Shown here piece by piece: positions 35,218 to 45,437 of a DNA stretch of 64,000 bases. Each line of letters begins with the position of its first letter. The stretch's first letter is position 1. The translations under genes and the position numbers were made by a program. A model generated the notes under the pieces. The model searched no databases and was not told the DNA's origin. It saw nothing but the letters and a program-made list of their open reading frames with translations. Source of the DNA: an uncultured delta proteobacterium (GTDB lineage: Bacteria > Desulfobacterota > Binatia > Binatales > Binataceae); contig CAVRVY010000004.1 in assembly GCA_963724765.1 (NCBI GenBank), positions 576,001-640,000 of the forward strand. The letters run 5' to 3'.

Positions 35218-36656
35218 GGCGGCGGCGCGATGCTTTGCGCGCGGTGCGGACCACCGTCCTTCTGATCGCGCTCATCGCGGCCTTTACGGCCCCGGCCGCG
35301 GCGCTCGAGATCAAACGCTCGGTGCTGCCCGACGGCGCGGTGCTGCTGGTCTCCGAGCAGCATCAACTCCCGATGGTGACGATGACGATCGCCTTTGACG
35401 CCGGCGCGCGGCGCGACCCCGCGGGCAAGGCCGGACTCGCCTCGCTCACCGCGGCCTCGCTGACGCTCGGCACCAAGGAGCTGAGCGCCGCGCAATTCAA
35501 CCAGAAAGTGGACTTCATGGGCAGCTCGATCGCGGTCGGCGCCGGCGCGGACTATGCGCAGGCAAGCTTCACCTCTCTCAAGAAATATGAGGACCAGACT
35601 CTGGGCCTGATGGCGGCGGCGCTCACCGAGCCCGCGCTCAGCGACGCCGAAATCACCCGCAAGCGCGACGAGCGCGTGGCCGACATCAAGGCCCAGGAAG
35701 AGCAGCCGGACTACGTCGCAGGGGTCACATTCCACAAGGCGCTCTACGGCAACACACCGTACGGTCATCCGAGCGAGGGCACGGCCGAGTCGGTGGCGAA
35801 GCTCACGCCGCAGGACGTGCGCGACTTCTACCACGCTCAATATAAAATCGGCAGCGCGGTGATTGCGGTGGTCGGCGACGTCAAGGCCGACGAGGTGAAG
35901 GCCAAGCTGGAGAAGGCGTTCGACGCGCTCAAGGGCACGGTAGCGCCGCAAGCGGAGCCGCCAGCGCCAAGCGTTGCGGCGGGAATTCATCCGACCCTGG
36001 TCGACCGCAGCGTCGTGCAGGCGACCATCATCCTGGGCTCCGGCGGTATCGCGCGCTCCAACCCTGACTACTATCGCTTGCAGGTGATGAACTACATCCT
36101 GGGCGGCGGCGGCTTCGCCTCGCGGCTGATGAAAACCGTGCGCAGCAAGAACGGGCTGGCCTACGGAATCTCGAGCGGATTCGATGCCGGGAAATTCGCC
36201 GGCTCGTTCACCGTCGATACGCAAACCAAGAACAAGAGTTCCAACGAGGCGCTGCAGCTCATCGTCGAACAACTGCGCGACATGCAGGAGCATCAGGTCT
36301 CCGACGGCGAACTGGCCTCGGCCAAGAAATATCTAATCGGCAGCTTTCCGCTGAAGCTCGATCGCCAGAGCTCGATCGCGAGCTTCATCCTGCAGGTCGA
36401 ACTGTACGGCCTCGGCCTCGACTACGCCGAGCGCTACCCGAAACTGATCGGAGCGGTGACCAAGGACGACATCCAGCACGTGGCGCAAAAATACCTGCAC
36501 CCCGACGCGCTCATCCTGGTCGCAGTGGCCAACCAGTCCGAGGCGGCAATCAACGTGACGAACCTCAAGCGCGTCGCCGAGGGAGCGCCCCCGAGCGCGC
36601 CTGCCTCCACCGCGCCCGGCGCGACACAAGCATCCCAGCCGGCTCCCGGCGGTTGA
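35214..36656 (+). CDS. M16 family peptidase, partner subunit lacking HxxEH
   Basis: ILGGGGFASRLMKTVRSKNGLAY; ATGA overlap with preceding gene. Confidence 0.9.
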   Translation: MRRRRDALRAVRTTVLLIALIAAFTAPAAALEIKRSVLPDGAVLLVSEQHQLPMVTMTIAFDAGARRDPAGKAGLASLTAASLTLGTKELSAAQFNQKVDFMGSSIAVGAGADYAQASFTSLKKYEDQTLGLMAAALTEPALSDAEITRKRDERVADIKAQEEQPDYVAGVTFHKALYGNTPYGHPSEGTAESVAKLTPQDVRDFYHAQYKIGSAVIAVVGDVKADEVKAKLEKAFDALKGTVAPQAEPPAPSVAAGIHPTLVDRSVVQATIILGSGGIARSNPDYYRLQVMNYILGGGGFASRLMKTVRSKNGLAYGISSGFDAGKFAGSFTVDTQTKNKSSNEALQLIVEQLRDMQEHQVSDGELASAKKYLIGSFPLKLDRQSSIASFILQVELYGLGLDYAERYPKLIGAVTKDDIQHVAQKYLHPDALILVAVANQSEAAINVTNLKRVAEGAPPSAPASTAPGATQASQPAPGG

Positions 36657-36861
36657 TCGGCTTCGCCGCGGCGCGCGGATTTTCGTATGCCGCGCTCTGC
36701 GCTCTTCACTGCCCGACTGCGCGGCTTTGATGTATATTCGCTTGACCGCGCGCAACCTTAGAATGCACGATACGCTTGAGTCGCGAGCGTGACTCGGCGA
36801 GCCTGCGCGTTTCATCGGCGAATTGGAGCGAACAACTGGAGCGATTCGGGAGTGATCAGTG

Positions 36862-37473
36862 ATGGCGAACGAAAGCTGGAAAATCGAGGGCGAGTATTTC
36901 GAGTCCTGCAACTGCGAACTGCTCTGCCCCTGTCTGCTGAGCCAGGCCAAGGTCCGTCCAACCGAGGGCCATTGCGACGTGGTGCTGGCCTTCCACATCA
37001 ACCGCGGCAGCTATGGCAAAACCGATCTTGCGGGACTCAACGCGGTGCAGGCGTTCACCACGCCGGGCCCGATGGCGCAGGGCGGCGGCACCGGCGGGGT
37101 TTACGTCGACGGCCGCGCCAACGCCGAGCAGCGAGTCGCGCTTGAAGCCATCTTCGCCGGCCAGGCCGGCGGCCCGCCGAGCCTGCTGGCCCCGATGATC
37201 GCGCATCGGCTGCCAACCAGGACCGCGCAGATCGACTTCAGCGCCTCGGGCGACACGCGCAAGTTGAGCATCGCCGGCATCACCGAAGTGACAGTGCAGG
37301 GCGTAGCGGGACGCGACGGCACGACGGTGTGGCTCGACAACGTGACGCATCCTTATTCCGGGCGTCTGGCCGCGGCGCGCGGCACCTCGAGCCACTACAG
37401 GGATCATTCGCTCAGCTTCGATAACAGCGGGCGCAACGGCCACTTCTCAGCGATCAACTGGACCAACGCCTAG
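36862..37473 (+). CDS. DUF1326 family protein
   Basis: WKIEGEYFESCNCELLCPC, PTEGHC. Confidence 0.88.
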   Translation: MANESWKIEGEYFESCNCELLCPCLLSQAKVRPTEGHCDVVLAFHINRGSYGKTDLAGLNAVQAFTTPGPMAQGGGTGGVYVDGRANAEQRVALEAIFAGQAGGPPSLLAPMIAHRLPTRTAQIDFSASGDTRKLSIAGITEVTVQGVAGRDGTTVWLDNVTHPYSGRLAAARGTSSHYRDHSLSFDNSGRNGHFSAINWTNA

Positions 37474-37515
37474 CGCGCCGCGTCAGGCAAGGGTGTAGCG
37501 CTCTCAAAAGTTGCG

Positions 37516-38313
37516 ATGGCTTCCGCGGTCCCCACATCGGACTCGCGCAGGGTTGCGCGCGCGCTCAGGCTGCCCGACCAGCTCGCGATTTGGGGCGGTC
37601 TCGGCGCGCTCTCGGCGCTCGCCTGGCTGTACCTGTGGCGGATGCCTGCCAACACCGGCGCGATGGAGAGCATGGCCGGGATGCCGGGAATGTCGATCGC
37701 CTCACCGTGGTCGCCGGCGCAGTTGTGGCTGACATTCCTGATGTGGGCGGTGATGATGGTGGCGATGATGCTGCCGAGCGCGGCACCGATGGTCGCAATG
37801 TACGCGCGCGTGGCTGAGGGCCGCGGCGTCTCGCCACGGATGCGGGTGTGGCTTTTTGCCGGCGGCTACGTGGCGGCGTGGACTGCGTTCAGCGCCGTCG
37901 CCACTGTGCTGCAGGCTGCATTGGATTATGCGGCGCTGCTGACCGGAGCGATGCGGGTCGCGCCGCTGATGGGCGGAGTGATCCTGGCGCTCGCGGGCGC
38001 TTATCAACTCTCGCCGCTCAAGCGCAGATGCCTGCGGCATTGCCAGTCGCCGATCGGCTTCCTGATGACGCACTGGCGCGATGGCCGCGCCGGCGCAATA
38101 GCGATGGGTCTGCGTCATGGGGTCTTCTGCGTGGGATGCTGCTGGATGCTGATGGCGTTGCTGTTCGTAGCGGGTGTGATGAACCTTTTGTGGGTGGCGG
38201 TACTGACGGCTTTCGTGCTGATCGAACGGGCGACGCGATGGGGCGAAACGCTGGCGACCATTTCGGGCTTCGCGCTCATCGCCGGCGGCCTCGCGCTGGC
38301 CGCGGTCAGCTGA
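37516..38313 (+). CDS. DUF2182 family integral membrane protein
   Basis: MWAVMMVAMMLPS, YQLSPLKRRCLRHCQSP, CVGCCWMLMAL, GVMNL. Confidence 0.9.
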   Translation: MASAVPTSDSRRVARALRLPDQLAIWGGLGALSALAWLYLWRMPANTGAMESMAGMPGMSIASPWSPAQLWLTFLMWAVMMVAMMLPSAAPMVAMYARVAEGRGVSPRMRVWLFAGGYVAAWTAFSAVATVLQAALDYAALLTGAMRVAPLMGGVILALAGAYQLSPLKRRCLRHCQSPIGFLMTHWRDGRAGAIAMGLRHGVFCVGCCWMLMALLFVAGVMNLLWVAVLTAFVLIERATRWGETLATISGFALIAGGLALAAVS

Positions 38314-38376
38314 TTCCTTTTCTGATTCTCTTTGTCGGGGCCGCTCGAGAGCGATCCTCCAATCGAACGCCGGCGG

Positions 38377-38949
38377 ATGCCGAACGCTGCGAAATCTCCG
38401 ATCACGCCGCCGCGCCCGGCGCTCTACACGGTCGGCCATTCGACCCATCCGATCGAACGATTCCTCGAACTCCTCGGCGAGCATCGAATCGCGATCCTCG
38501 CCGACGTCCGCTCCTATCCCAGCTCGCGCCGATGGCCCCAGTTCAACCAGGAGCCGCTGGCCGAGGCGCTCGGCCGCGCCGGTGTCGAGTATCGATGGCT
38601 CAAGCGCCTTGGCGGACGACGCCATAGCAAGCGCGCCGACTCGCCGCACGTGGCATGGACGGTCGCCGCGTTCCGCTCCTACGCGGACTATACTGAGAGC
38701 GCCGAATTCGCAGAGGGCCTCGACGAGCTACTCGCAGTCGCGGCCGCTGCGCGCACGGCGATCATGTGCTCGGAGGGACTGTGGTGGCGATGCCATCGGC
38801 GAATCGTCTCGGACCAGATGACCCTCGGCGGATGGGACGTTGAGCACATCATGCCCGACGGCAAACTGACGGCGCATCGCCTGCCTGACTTCGCCTCGGT
38901 CGTCGACGGGCGGATTGTATACGACGGCGGCCAGCCGCCGCTGCTCTAG
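38377..38949 (+). CDS. DUF488 family protein
   Basis: YTVGHST, ADVRSYPSSRRWPQFN, LGGRR, MCSEGLWWRCHR. Confidence 0.9.
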   Translation: MPNAAKSPITPPRPALYTVGHSTHPIERFLELLGEHRIAILADVRSYPSSRRWPQFNQEPLAEALGRAGVEYRWLKRLGGRRHSKRADSPHVAWTVAAFRSYADYTESAEFAEGLDELLAVAAAARTAIMCSEGLWWRCHRRIVSDQMTLGGWDVEHIMPDGKLTAHRLPDFASVVDGRIVYDGGQPPLL

Positions 38950-38976
38950 TAGTAGCGGCGGTCACGCCCCCCCGAC

Positions 38977-39870
38977 TCAATTGGCCGCGGCAGGGGTGGT
39001 TGACGCTGCGGCCGCAGTGCGTCCGCGTTCCCAGGCCGCCTTGACGGTCGCATATACGTCGAACGGATCGCAGCGCCAGGGCAAAACGTACGTCGCGCTC
39101 TTGTCGCTAAACGTGATTTTCACGTCGAGATGGCGCTCGGCTTTGCCGCCCACCACGAAAAGGCCCACGCCCGCAATGTCCGCGTAGTTGAGCACGCGCG
39201 GTTTCGCCCCTTTTGTCACAGTGAGGTCTTGCTTGCCGACCGTCAGCTGGCGCACCGAGCGAAGCCGCCACGCCGCAAAGGCCGCGACGATGAGCGCCGT
39301 CGCGACCGTGCACAGCAGTTGAATCACCGGGCGGCCGCGCATCCAGTAGATCACTCCGCCGAGTATCGCAATTAGCGCCGCTCCAGCCGTCAGCATCTGC
39401 TGTGGCAGATCCTGGACGAAGACGTGCGGCAGCGGCACCTCCGGCCATCGATCGGACAGCATGTCCGCCACGAACTGAACCACCTCGTGCGCGTCTTCGA
39501 GTTCGTAGGGCAGACTGACACGTACGCGCCCCTGCGCGTCGCGGAGATCGACGCGCTGATGCGTGGGCACCGGTTCAAGGCCGGTTATTTCGGCCCAGGT
39601 AATTTGACCGGGGCTGGCGTAATGGACGCCATGCTCATCGATGACGACTGGCCAGTTTTTGCGGGCGAGCATGGCCTGCATCTCGCGCACCAGCGTCCAC
39701 ACAAAGAACAGCAACGCGGCGGCGGCGATCACGCAGCCAAACGGGGTCCTGAACTGCGGCCGCGTCCATAGCGCGGCCGCGATCACGGCGAGAAAAAACA
39801 GGCTCGATCCGATCGCAATTAGTTGGTCGCGCCGGGATTCCTCCTGGACACGGAACTCCTGAGCTGCCAT
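38977..39870 (-). CDS. Hypothetical membrane protein with two repeated TM + PH-like units
   Basis: Two pairs of TM helices, each followed by a beta-rich segment; GAGGAG RBS. Confidence 0.75.
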   Translation of the reverse strand: MAAQEFRVQEESRRDQLIAIGSSLFFLAVIAAALWTRPQFRTPFGCVIAAAALLFFVWTLVREMQAMLARKNWPVVIDEHGVHYASPGQITWAEITGLEPVPTHQRVDLRDAQGRVRVSLPYELEDAHEVVQFVADMLSDRWPEVPLPHVFVQDLPQQMLTAGAALIAILGGVIYWMRGRPVIQLLCTVATALIVAAFAAWRLRSVRQLTVGKQDLTVTKGAKPRVLNYADIAGVGLFVVGGKAERHLDVKITFSDKSATYVLPWRCDPFDVYATVKAAWERGRTAAAASTTPAAAN

Positions 39871-39908
39871 CTCCTCGGTCCCCCTCGGAGCTTCAATGTG
39901 GGCACGCG

Positions 39909-40184
39909 CTATTGCTTGCCGGCGTTGCTGCTCAGGTAACCCAGGATGGTCTTGCGCTCGGCCGGCGTGAGCGGCGCTAACCCCGTTTGCTTCATCCGCT
40001 CCTGCATCAAGTCAACCTGTGCCGCCCACATCGCCGCGGTCATCAGGCTCGGATTATAGGGCTGATGACATCCTCCGCACCTTTTAAGATATAGCTGCGC
40101 CGCATAACTGCCCTCGTCCGGTATCTTGCCGTTTTGACACGATGCAAGCAAAACCATAGCGGCCAGCAACGCAACATTTATCAA
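39909..40184 (-). CDS. Small monoheme c-type cytochrome lipoprotein
   Basis: Lipobox LAS-C, heme motif CGGCH, distal Met candidates; start uncertain. Confidence 0.7.
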   Translation of the reverse strand: MINVALLAAMVLLASCQNGKIPDEGSYAAQLYLKRCGGCHQPYNPSLMTAAMWAAQVDLMQERMKQTGLAPLTPAERKTILGYLSSNAGKQ

Positions 40185-40314
40185 CCGTCGATAAGTTGAA
40201 GTAATTGTTAAGCTTCGACTCACGCGCCCCGCCCTTCTCGTCACGTCCACTCCTTCGACGAGGGTAACTCGTCTCCTCAAGAGCGTAACCCGGCGGATTT
40301 GCGGCTTTATCGCT

Positions 40315-40821
40315 CTACCGTAACGCGCGTGCGCTCGGGATTTGGCGGCGCAATTCGGTGCCAAGGCTTTGAATTAGTGTCCGACGGTCGGAATCTTCAA
40401 GCGCCACTTTGCGTTCGCCCTCGGGCCGCATCCATACCGGCGCCGCGCGCATCGCGTCCGTCTCGAAGCGCGGGAAGACGTGCCAATGGACGTGCGGTTC
40501 GAGATTGCCGAGACACTCGTAATTGAGCTTGAGCGGCCGTGTCACCAGCGCGACCGCGCCTCCCACGGCGATCGTCTCGTCGAAAAGCGCGCGCGCCTCC
40601 TCGGGCGGCATCAGATGGATTTCGTCGACGTGGCGTCTGGCGAGCACCACGCAGTAGCCGCGATAGAACTGCGCGTCGCCCAGGATTACGAACGAGTGCG
40701 GCAGCTCCGCGACGAAATCGGCGAAGCTGCCGACGCGGCATCGCTCGATGAGCGCGCAGATTCCGCACGGCCGCGCCGTGGCCCCGCCGTCCACGCTCTC
40801 GCCGCGGTCACCCGGAGGCAT
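40315..40821 (-). CDS. HIT family hydrolase
   Basis: CGIC, GYCVV, LGNLEPHVHWHVFPR. Confidence 0.9.
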   Translation of the reverse strand: MPPGDRGESVDGGATARPCGICALIERCRVGSFADFVAELPHSFVILGDAQFYRGYCVVLARRHVDEIHLMPPEEARALFDETIAVGGAVALVTRPLKLNYECLGNLEPHVHWHVFPRFETDAMRAAPVWMRPEGERKVALEDSDRRTLIQSLGTELRRQIPSARALR

Positions 40822-41290
40822 CGGCGCCCTCTGGCGCCACCTGCACCAGCTTTACCGCTGCATGCTTGAGCACTTCGCGCACGGTATGCAGTTTGTACTC
40901 ACGGCCGTAGTAGACGGTGCGGATGCCGGTGTTGATGAGCACCTTGAGGCAGTGGATGCAGGGCGTGTGAGTCACGTAGATGTCGGCGTCGCGAATCGCG
41001 GCGCCGTTCTTGGCCGCCTGCGTGATCGCGTTAATCTCGGCGTGGATGGTGCGCCAGCAGTTCTGCTCGATTTCGCCGTCGGGAGTGCGCGATTCGTAGA
41101 TGAGGCATCCGACCTCGGTGCAATGCGGCATCCCGGCCGGCGATCCGTTGTAGCCGGTGGCCAGGATGCTGCGGTCGCGCACGATCACCGCGCCCACCTT
41201 GGCCCGCAGACAGGTCGAGCGCTCGGCGACCTGTCGAGTGATCGTCATGAAGTACTGATCCCAGCTCGGCCGCTTCCCCCCGCCGCTCAT
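40808..41290 (-). CDS. dCMP deaminase family protein (ComEB-like)
   Basis: RPSWDQYFM, RSTCLR, TGYNG, HAEINAI, PCIHC. Confidence 0.92.
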   Translation of the reverse strand: MSGGGKRPSWDQYFMTITRQVAERSTCLRAKVGAVIVRDRSILATGYNGSPAGMPHCTEVGCLIYESRTPDGEIEQNCWRTIHAEINAITQAAKNGAAIRDADIYVTHTPCIHCLKVLINTGIRTVYYGREYKLHTVREVLKHAAVKLVQVAPEGADASG

Positions 41291-41291
41291 C

Positions 41292-42386
41292 TCAGAGTCC
41301 CTTAAGCCGCACCGAGGCGGGCAGCGGCGGCAGCGCGGGCCGGTAAACGACGCTATAGGTATTGTCCTTCGGTTGCTCTTGCGGGTTCTGATTCCCGTCG
41401 GCGTACCACGCCGGCACCGGGCTGAAGGTCACGATGAACAGTACGATCGTCGCCCAGGCAAAAGCCCTGCGCCGCGGATCGAGCGGTGTATCCGCATCCA
41501 CCGTGGCCGGATGCCCCAGGCCGAGAAAGAACAGGAACACTACCCAGAAGATCCATCCGCCCCAGTATGCCGAGCCCATGAACAGCGGCACCACCACCAT
41601 CATCACGCACGCCACGATGAACAGGCGCGCGATCGTTCGATGCCAGCGGCCGAACAGCGCGTACACCACGTGGCCGCCGTCGAGCTGGCCGACCGGCAGC
41701 AGGTTGAGCGTCGTCACCAGCAGCCCGATCCATCCGGCGAACGCGATCGGATGAAGGTTGACGTTGACCGAGTTGGGATCGACACCCAGCGTCGCGTACG
41801 ACAGCGCCCAGAACAGGATTGAATTGCCGAGCTGAAGTCCGCCGCCGGAGGTGTCGAGCGGCGACACGTCGGAAAGCCTAAGCCCGATCGCCACCGCGAG
41901 CACCGCCAGCACCGCTCCGGCCCATGGCCCCGCCGCGCCGATATCGAACATCACGCGCCGCGTGCGCGCCGGCGATCGCATCCGGATGAATGCGCCGAAG
42001 GTCCCGATGAAAAAGATCGACGGCAACGGCGCGGGGATGAAATAGGGCGGGCTCACATCGACGTTGTTGCGCCGCGCCACCAGGTAGTGGCCCATCTCGT
42101 GCGCAAACAGGATCATCATCAGCGGGATCGAAAACGACAGTCCCGCGGCGAGGTTGCCCAAGGTCGCAAACGGATGCGCCAGCGACACGAACGCGCCAGC
42201 CATGTCGGCGCCGGCCATCGTGGTGGTCAGCAGCGTCAGCAGAAACAGTCCGACGTGCAGCCGCGTAACGCCGGAGGGCTGCGGGCGCGGCGACGCCATC
42301 ACTTCGGGCTCGTAAACCGGCGCGGGCGTGACGCGCGGGATGTCGGTTAAGACCTGCGATTCATCGTGTGCGGTGGAATCATCCAT
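41292..42386 (-). CDS. Site-2 protease (M50)
   Basis: HEMGH, GTFGAFI, AGP, LNLLPVGQLDGGH. Confidence 0.92.
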   Translation of the reverse strand: MDDSTAHDESQVLTDIPRVTPAPVYEPEVMASPRPQPSGVTRLHVGLFLLTLLTTTMAGADMAGAFVSLAHPFATLGNLAAGLSFSIPLMMILFAHEMGHYLVARRNNVDVSPPYFIPAPLPSIFFIGTFGAFIRMRSPARTRRVMFDIGAAGPWAGAVLAVLAVAIGLRLSDVSPLDTSGGGLQLGNSILFWALSYATLGVDPNSVNVNLHPIAFAGWIGLLVTTLNLLPVGQLDGGHVVYALFGRWHRTIARLFIVACVMMVVVPLFMGSAYWGGWIFWVVFLFFLGLGHPATVDADTPLDPRRRAFAWATIVLFIVTFSPVPAWYADGNQNPQEQPKDNTYSVVYRPALPPLPASVRLKGL

Positions 42387-42424
42387 TATTTATTTCATGC
42401 CGGGTGTTTATTTCATGCCGGAGT

Positions 42425-43294
42425 TCATTGCCGATAGCTCATGACGGACTTACGCCGCAGCGGCCGGACGGTTACCATCGCACCCGGCCCAGCGGCGAAA
42501 CGCTGCGCGGCACTGCCGTCGCGCACGGCAATTTCCAGCAGCTCGAAACTTCCAAACGTAGCGAGAGGAACACCTTTGCGGGCGTCGCCATAAGCCTGAA
42601 GTATCTCGATCGGCGCGCCCGCTCCGATCCTAACGGAAAGCCGCATAGCGGGAAAGCGAGCCTCAAAACGCGCCAGCGCGTCGCGCTCGATGTTGCTCAC
42701 GAGATTGCCGAAGCCGTCGACGTAGAGCACCTCGCCGCGCAGCTCGTCAATCCCCTCGCGCGGCTCCGCCAGTTCCAGGTTCGTCAGACCGTCGCGCACC
42801 GGCGGTCCCAGCAATTCAAGTTTGACGCCGCTCCACAAATGCGCCGCGGCGGGCGCGAAGATGTCGCGGCCGTGAAAAGTCGTGCTCACGCGCGCGAGCC
42901 GGTAGCGCGGCGCGCGCAGCTCGACCGCGCGCGCTGGCCCTGCCTCCTCCAGCGCCAGCGCGAGCACGCCGTTGTCGGGGCCGACGAAGCGCGCTCCCGC
43001 GCGCGTCTGAACCGCCACCGGCAGGCGCGCCGTGCCGACGCCGGGGTCGACCACCACCAGGAAGACCGTCCGCGGCGGGAAAAGCCGCCAGCTCTGCGCG
43101 AGCGCGATCGCGCCCGCCACGATCGACTGCGCCGGCACGCCGTGCGTGATGTCGATTAGCGCCGCGCCAGGCGCGATCGACGCAATCACGCCCTTCATCG
43201 CGCCCACGAAATGGTCGCGGTAGCCAAAGTCGGTGAGAAGCGCAATCGGAGCGGCGCCGCTTGCGCGGCTCGTCACGCGAGCGGCCATCGTCAA
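42425..43294 (-). CDS. SAM hydrolase / chlorinase-fluorinase family (DUF62)
   Basis: LLTDFG, VVDPGVG, VGPDNG, STTFHGRDIFAP, VDGFGNL. Confidence 0.93.
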   Translation of the reverse strand: MTMAARVTSRASGAAPIALLTDFGYRDHFVGAMKGVIASIAPGAALIDITHGVPAQSIVAGAIALAQSWRLFPPRTVFLVVVDPGVGTARLPVAVQTRAGARFVGPDNGVLALALEEAGPARAVELRAPRYRLARVSTTFHGRDIFAPAAAHLWSGVKLELLGPPVRDGLTNLELAEPREGIDELRGEVLYVDGFGNLVSNIERDALARFEARFPAMRLSVRIGAGAPIEILQAYGDARKGVPLATFGSFELLEIAVRDGSAAQRFAAGPGAMVTVRPLRRKSVMSYRQ

Positions 43295-44286
43295 CCTCGC
43301 CGCCGCGCCGGCCGCGCGAGTTCCTCGCGGACCGCGGTGGCGAGCAGCGGGAACATGATCTCATGATGGCCGGTGAGCGCGATTCCGCGCGCTCCCTTGC
43401 CGCCGGCGGTCGGCCGCTCGACCACGTTGATCCGCGGCCGGTACTGGCGGATGAAATCCATGTCGGCGGCACACAAGCCGTCGACCCGCCGGCCCAGGTT
43501 GCGCGCAAGGTTGAGCGCCTTAAGGAAAACCTCGGGCATCACCACCGCTGAACCCAGGTTCAGCACCACACCGCGCTTAAGCGTCGCAACCACCGCGACC
43601 AGGCGATGGAAGTCCGTCATCGTGGCCTTGCCGATTGCGCCGCCGTCGGCCGCCGGATGCATATGGATGATGTCGGCGCCCAGCGCGACGTGCACGGTCG
43701 CCGGAGCGCCCGCGCGGTGAGCGGCGGCGAAGATGCTGGCGTCGCGGTAGCGCAGGCGTGCGCGGACGATTTCGCGACCGACGACTTCGCCTAGTCCCCT
43801 GCCCTCCTCGGCGGCCAGGCGCGCCGCGCGATTGAGGAAAGCGCCGGTCTCCTCGGCCATCCCGAAGCTGCCGTCGCCGAGTCCGGCGCCGACGTCCTCC
43901 GAGGTACGCCCGGCAAAGGCGAGCTCGAAGTCGTGGATAATCGCCGCGCCGTTGGTCGCAATCGCGCTCAGCACGCCGTCGCGCAGCATCCCGCAGATGA
44001 GCGGGCTCAGGCCGACCTTCAGTGGATGCGCGCCGGTGAGCATCAGGAAGCTCCGCCCGGCGCGGCGCGCCGTCGCGATTCGCCGCGCCAGCTCGCGGAG
44101 ATCAGCCGCCGCCAGAGTTTCGGGCAACGCGGCGATAAACTCGCGCATCGTGGCGCCGGCCTGAAGCTCCCGCGCGAATTGGTCGCGATCAACCTTGCGT
44201 GACAGCGAGGCCAGCGGCCGGGTGCGCGCGCGGGCCGGATTTACTGGCTCGATTCGCGTTTTTGGCCGAATGGGGGGTGGTTTCAT
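43291..44286 (-). CDS. Deoxyhypusine-synthase-like Rossmann-fold protein
   Basis: GAHPLKVG, ATNGAAIIHDFE, TSEDV, FGMAEET, GSAVVMPEVFLK, GHHE. Confidence 0.7.
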   Translation of the reverse strand: MKPPPIRPKTRIEPVNPARARTRPLASLSRKVDRDQFARELQAGATMREFIAALPETLAAADLRELARRIATARRAGRSFLMLTGAHPLKVGLSPLICGMLRDGVLSAIATNGAAIIHDFELAFAGRTSEDVGAGLGDGSFGMAEETGAFLNRAARLAAEEGRGLGEVVGREIVRARLRYRDASIFAAAHRAGAPATVHVALGADIIHMHPAADGGAIGKATMTDFHRLVAVVATLKRGVVLNLGSAVVMPEVFLKALNLARNLGRRVDGLCAADMDFIRQYRPRINVVERPTAGGKGARGIALTGHHEIMFPLLATAVREELARPARRRG

Positions 44287-44440
44287 CGGTGCCGGAGAAG
44301 GCTCGATCGCTGTAGCGCCGTTTCCCTGGAGAGTGTAAAGTTACCGGATGCTTCGGCCGACTCCAACCGCGCGCCGCGCGGTGAACCGGAGTACGAAGCA
44401 GGCTGGCCGGGTGGGGACGAGCAGTACGGGGAGACGGGAA

Positions 44441-45115
44441 ATGGGAGAGACCAAGCCATCAACCGTTATTAGTGACGTGACTGACGGCGTCGTCCCAAGA
44501 ATCGAGCGTCCCGATTGCTTGATCGCGCCCGCTCCGCCGCAACCCACTCCAGAACGCACTATCGACCGCCGCCACTTCATCGGCCAATTCATCCGGACGA
44601 CCGGGATCGCCGCCGCGACCGCGGCCCTTGCGCCGGCATCGAGCGCACTCGCGATGCTGACCGCGCCGGCGACACCGCGCCGCCTGAAATTCTACAACCT
44701 GCACACCAGCGAGCAACTGAACATCGTCTATTACGAGAAGGGGCGGTACATCCCGCAGGCGCTGGCCGAAATCGATTATATCCTGCGCGACTATCGCCAG
44801 AACGTGGTCAAGCCGATGAGTCCGGCACTGCTCGACCTGGTGGTCGCGATCCGGCGCAGGCTCCATACTGACGTCGAGGTGGCGATTATCTCGGGCTATC
44901 GCACGCCGCAGACCAACGCGATGCTGGCGGCGCGCAGCGACGGCGTCGCGCATCACAGCCTGCACATGGACGGATTGGCGCTTGACTGGCGCGTCCCCGG
45001 ACGCACGCTCGAGCAATTGCATCAAGTGGCGCTCGCGATGCGTGGCGGCGGCGTCGGCTACTATCCGGCGTCCGATTTTGTGCACACCGACGTCGGCCGC
45101 GTCCGCTACTGGTAG
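44441..45115 (+). CDS. DUF882/YcbK (peptidase M15-like) Tat-exported protein
   Basis: DRRHFI twin-arginine motif, YNLHTSE, ISGYRTPQTN, SLHMDG, GVGYY, FVHTDVGRVRYW. Confidence 0.9.
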   Translation: MGETKPSTVISDVTDGVVPRIERPDCLIAPAPPQPTPERTIDRRHFIGQFIRTTGIAAATAALAPASSALAMLTAPATPRRLKFYNLHTSEQLNIVYYEKGRYIPQALAEIDYILRDYRQNVVKPMSPALLDLVVAIRRRLHTDVEVAIISGYRTPQTNAMLAARSDGVAHHSLHMDGLALDWRVPGRTLEQLHQVALAMRGGGVGYYPASDFVHTDVGRVRYW

Positions 45116-45254
45116 ACTTCCTCTTTCACCTTGCACTCTTCGCTTTAACTTGGCCCTCGCGCCGGCGCTCCGCCTTTGCGCCTCGCCATGCACGTTGCGC
45201 GCTCGCAGCCAAGGATTTGACACGCCATCGCCGCGACCCTAGACTCCAGCACGG

Positions 45255-45329
<75 letters not shown>

Positions 45330-45398
45330 CACTTTCCCTCACGGAGAGAAGGACTTCAGCAATCGACACGGATCGGGCACCCGTCTTTCGGATAAGTT

Positions 45399-45420
45399 AG
45401 TCACGGTTTTAGTCACGGTT
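45399..45420 (+). repeat. Arm-type repeat pair AGTCACGGTT x2 (left)
   Basis: 45399-45408 and 45411-45420; identical pair at 54709-54730. Confidence 0.75.
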
Positions 45421-45437
45421 CGGAGTAAAATCCGAGC

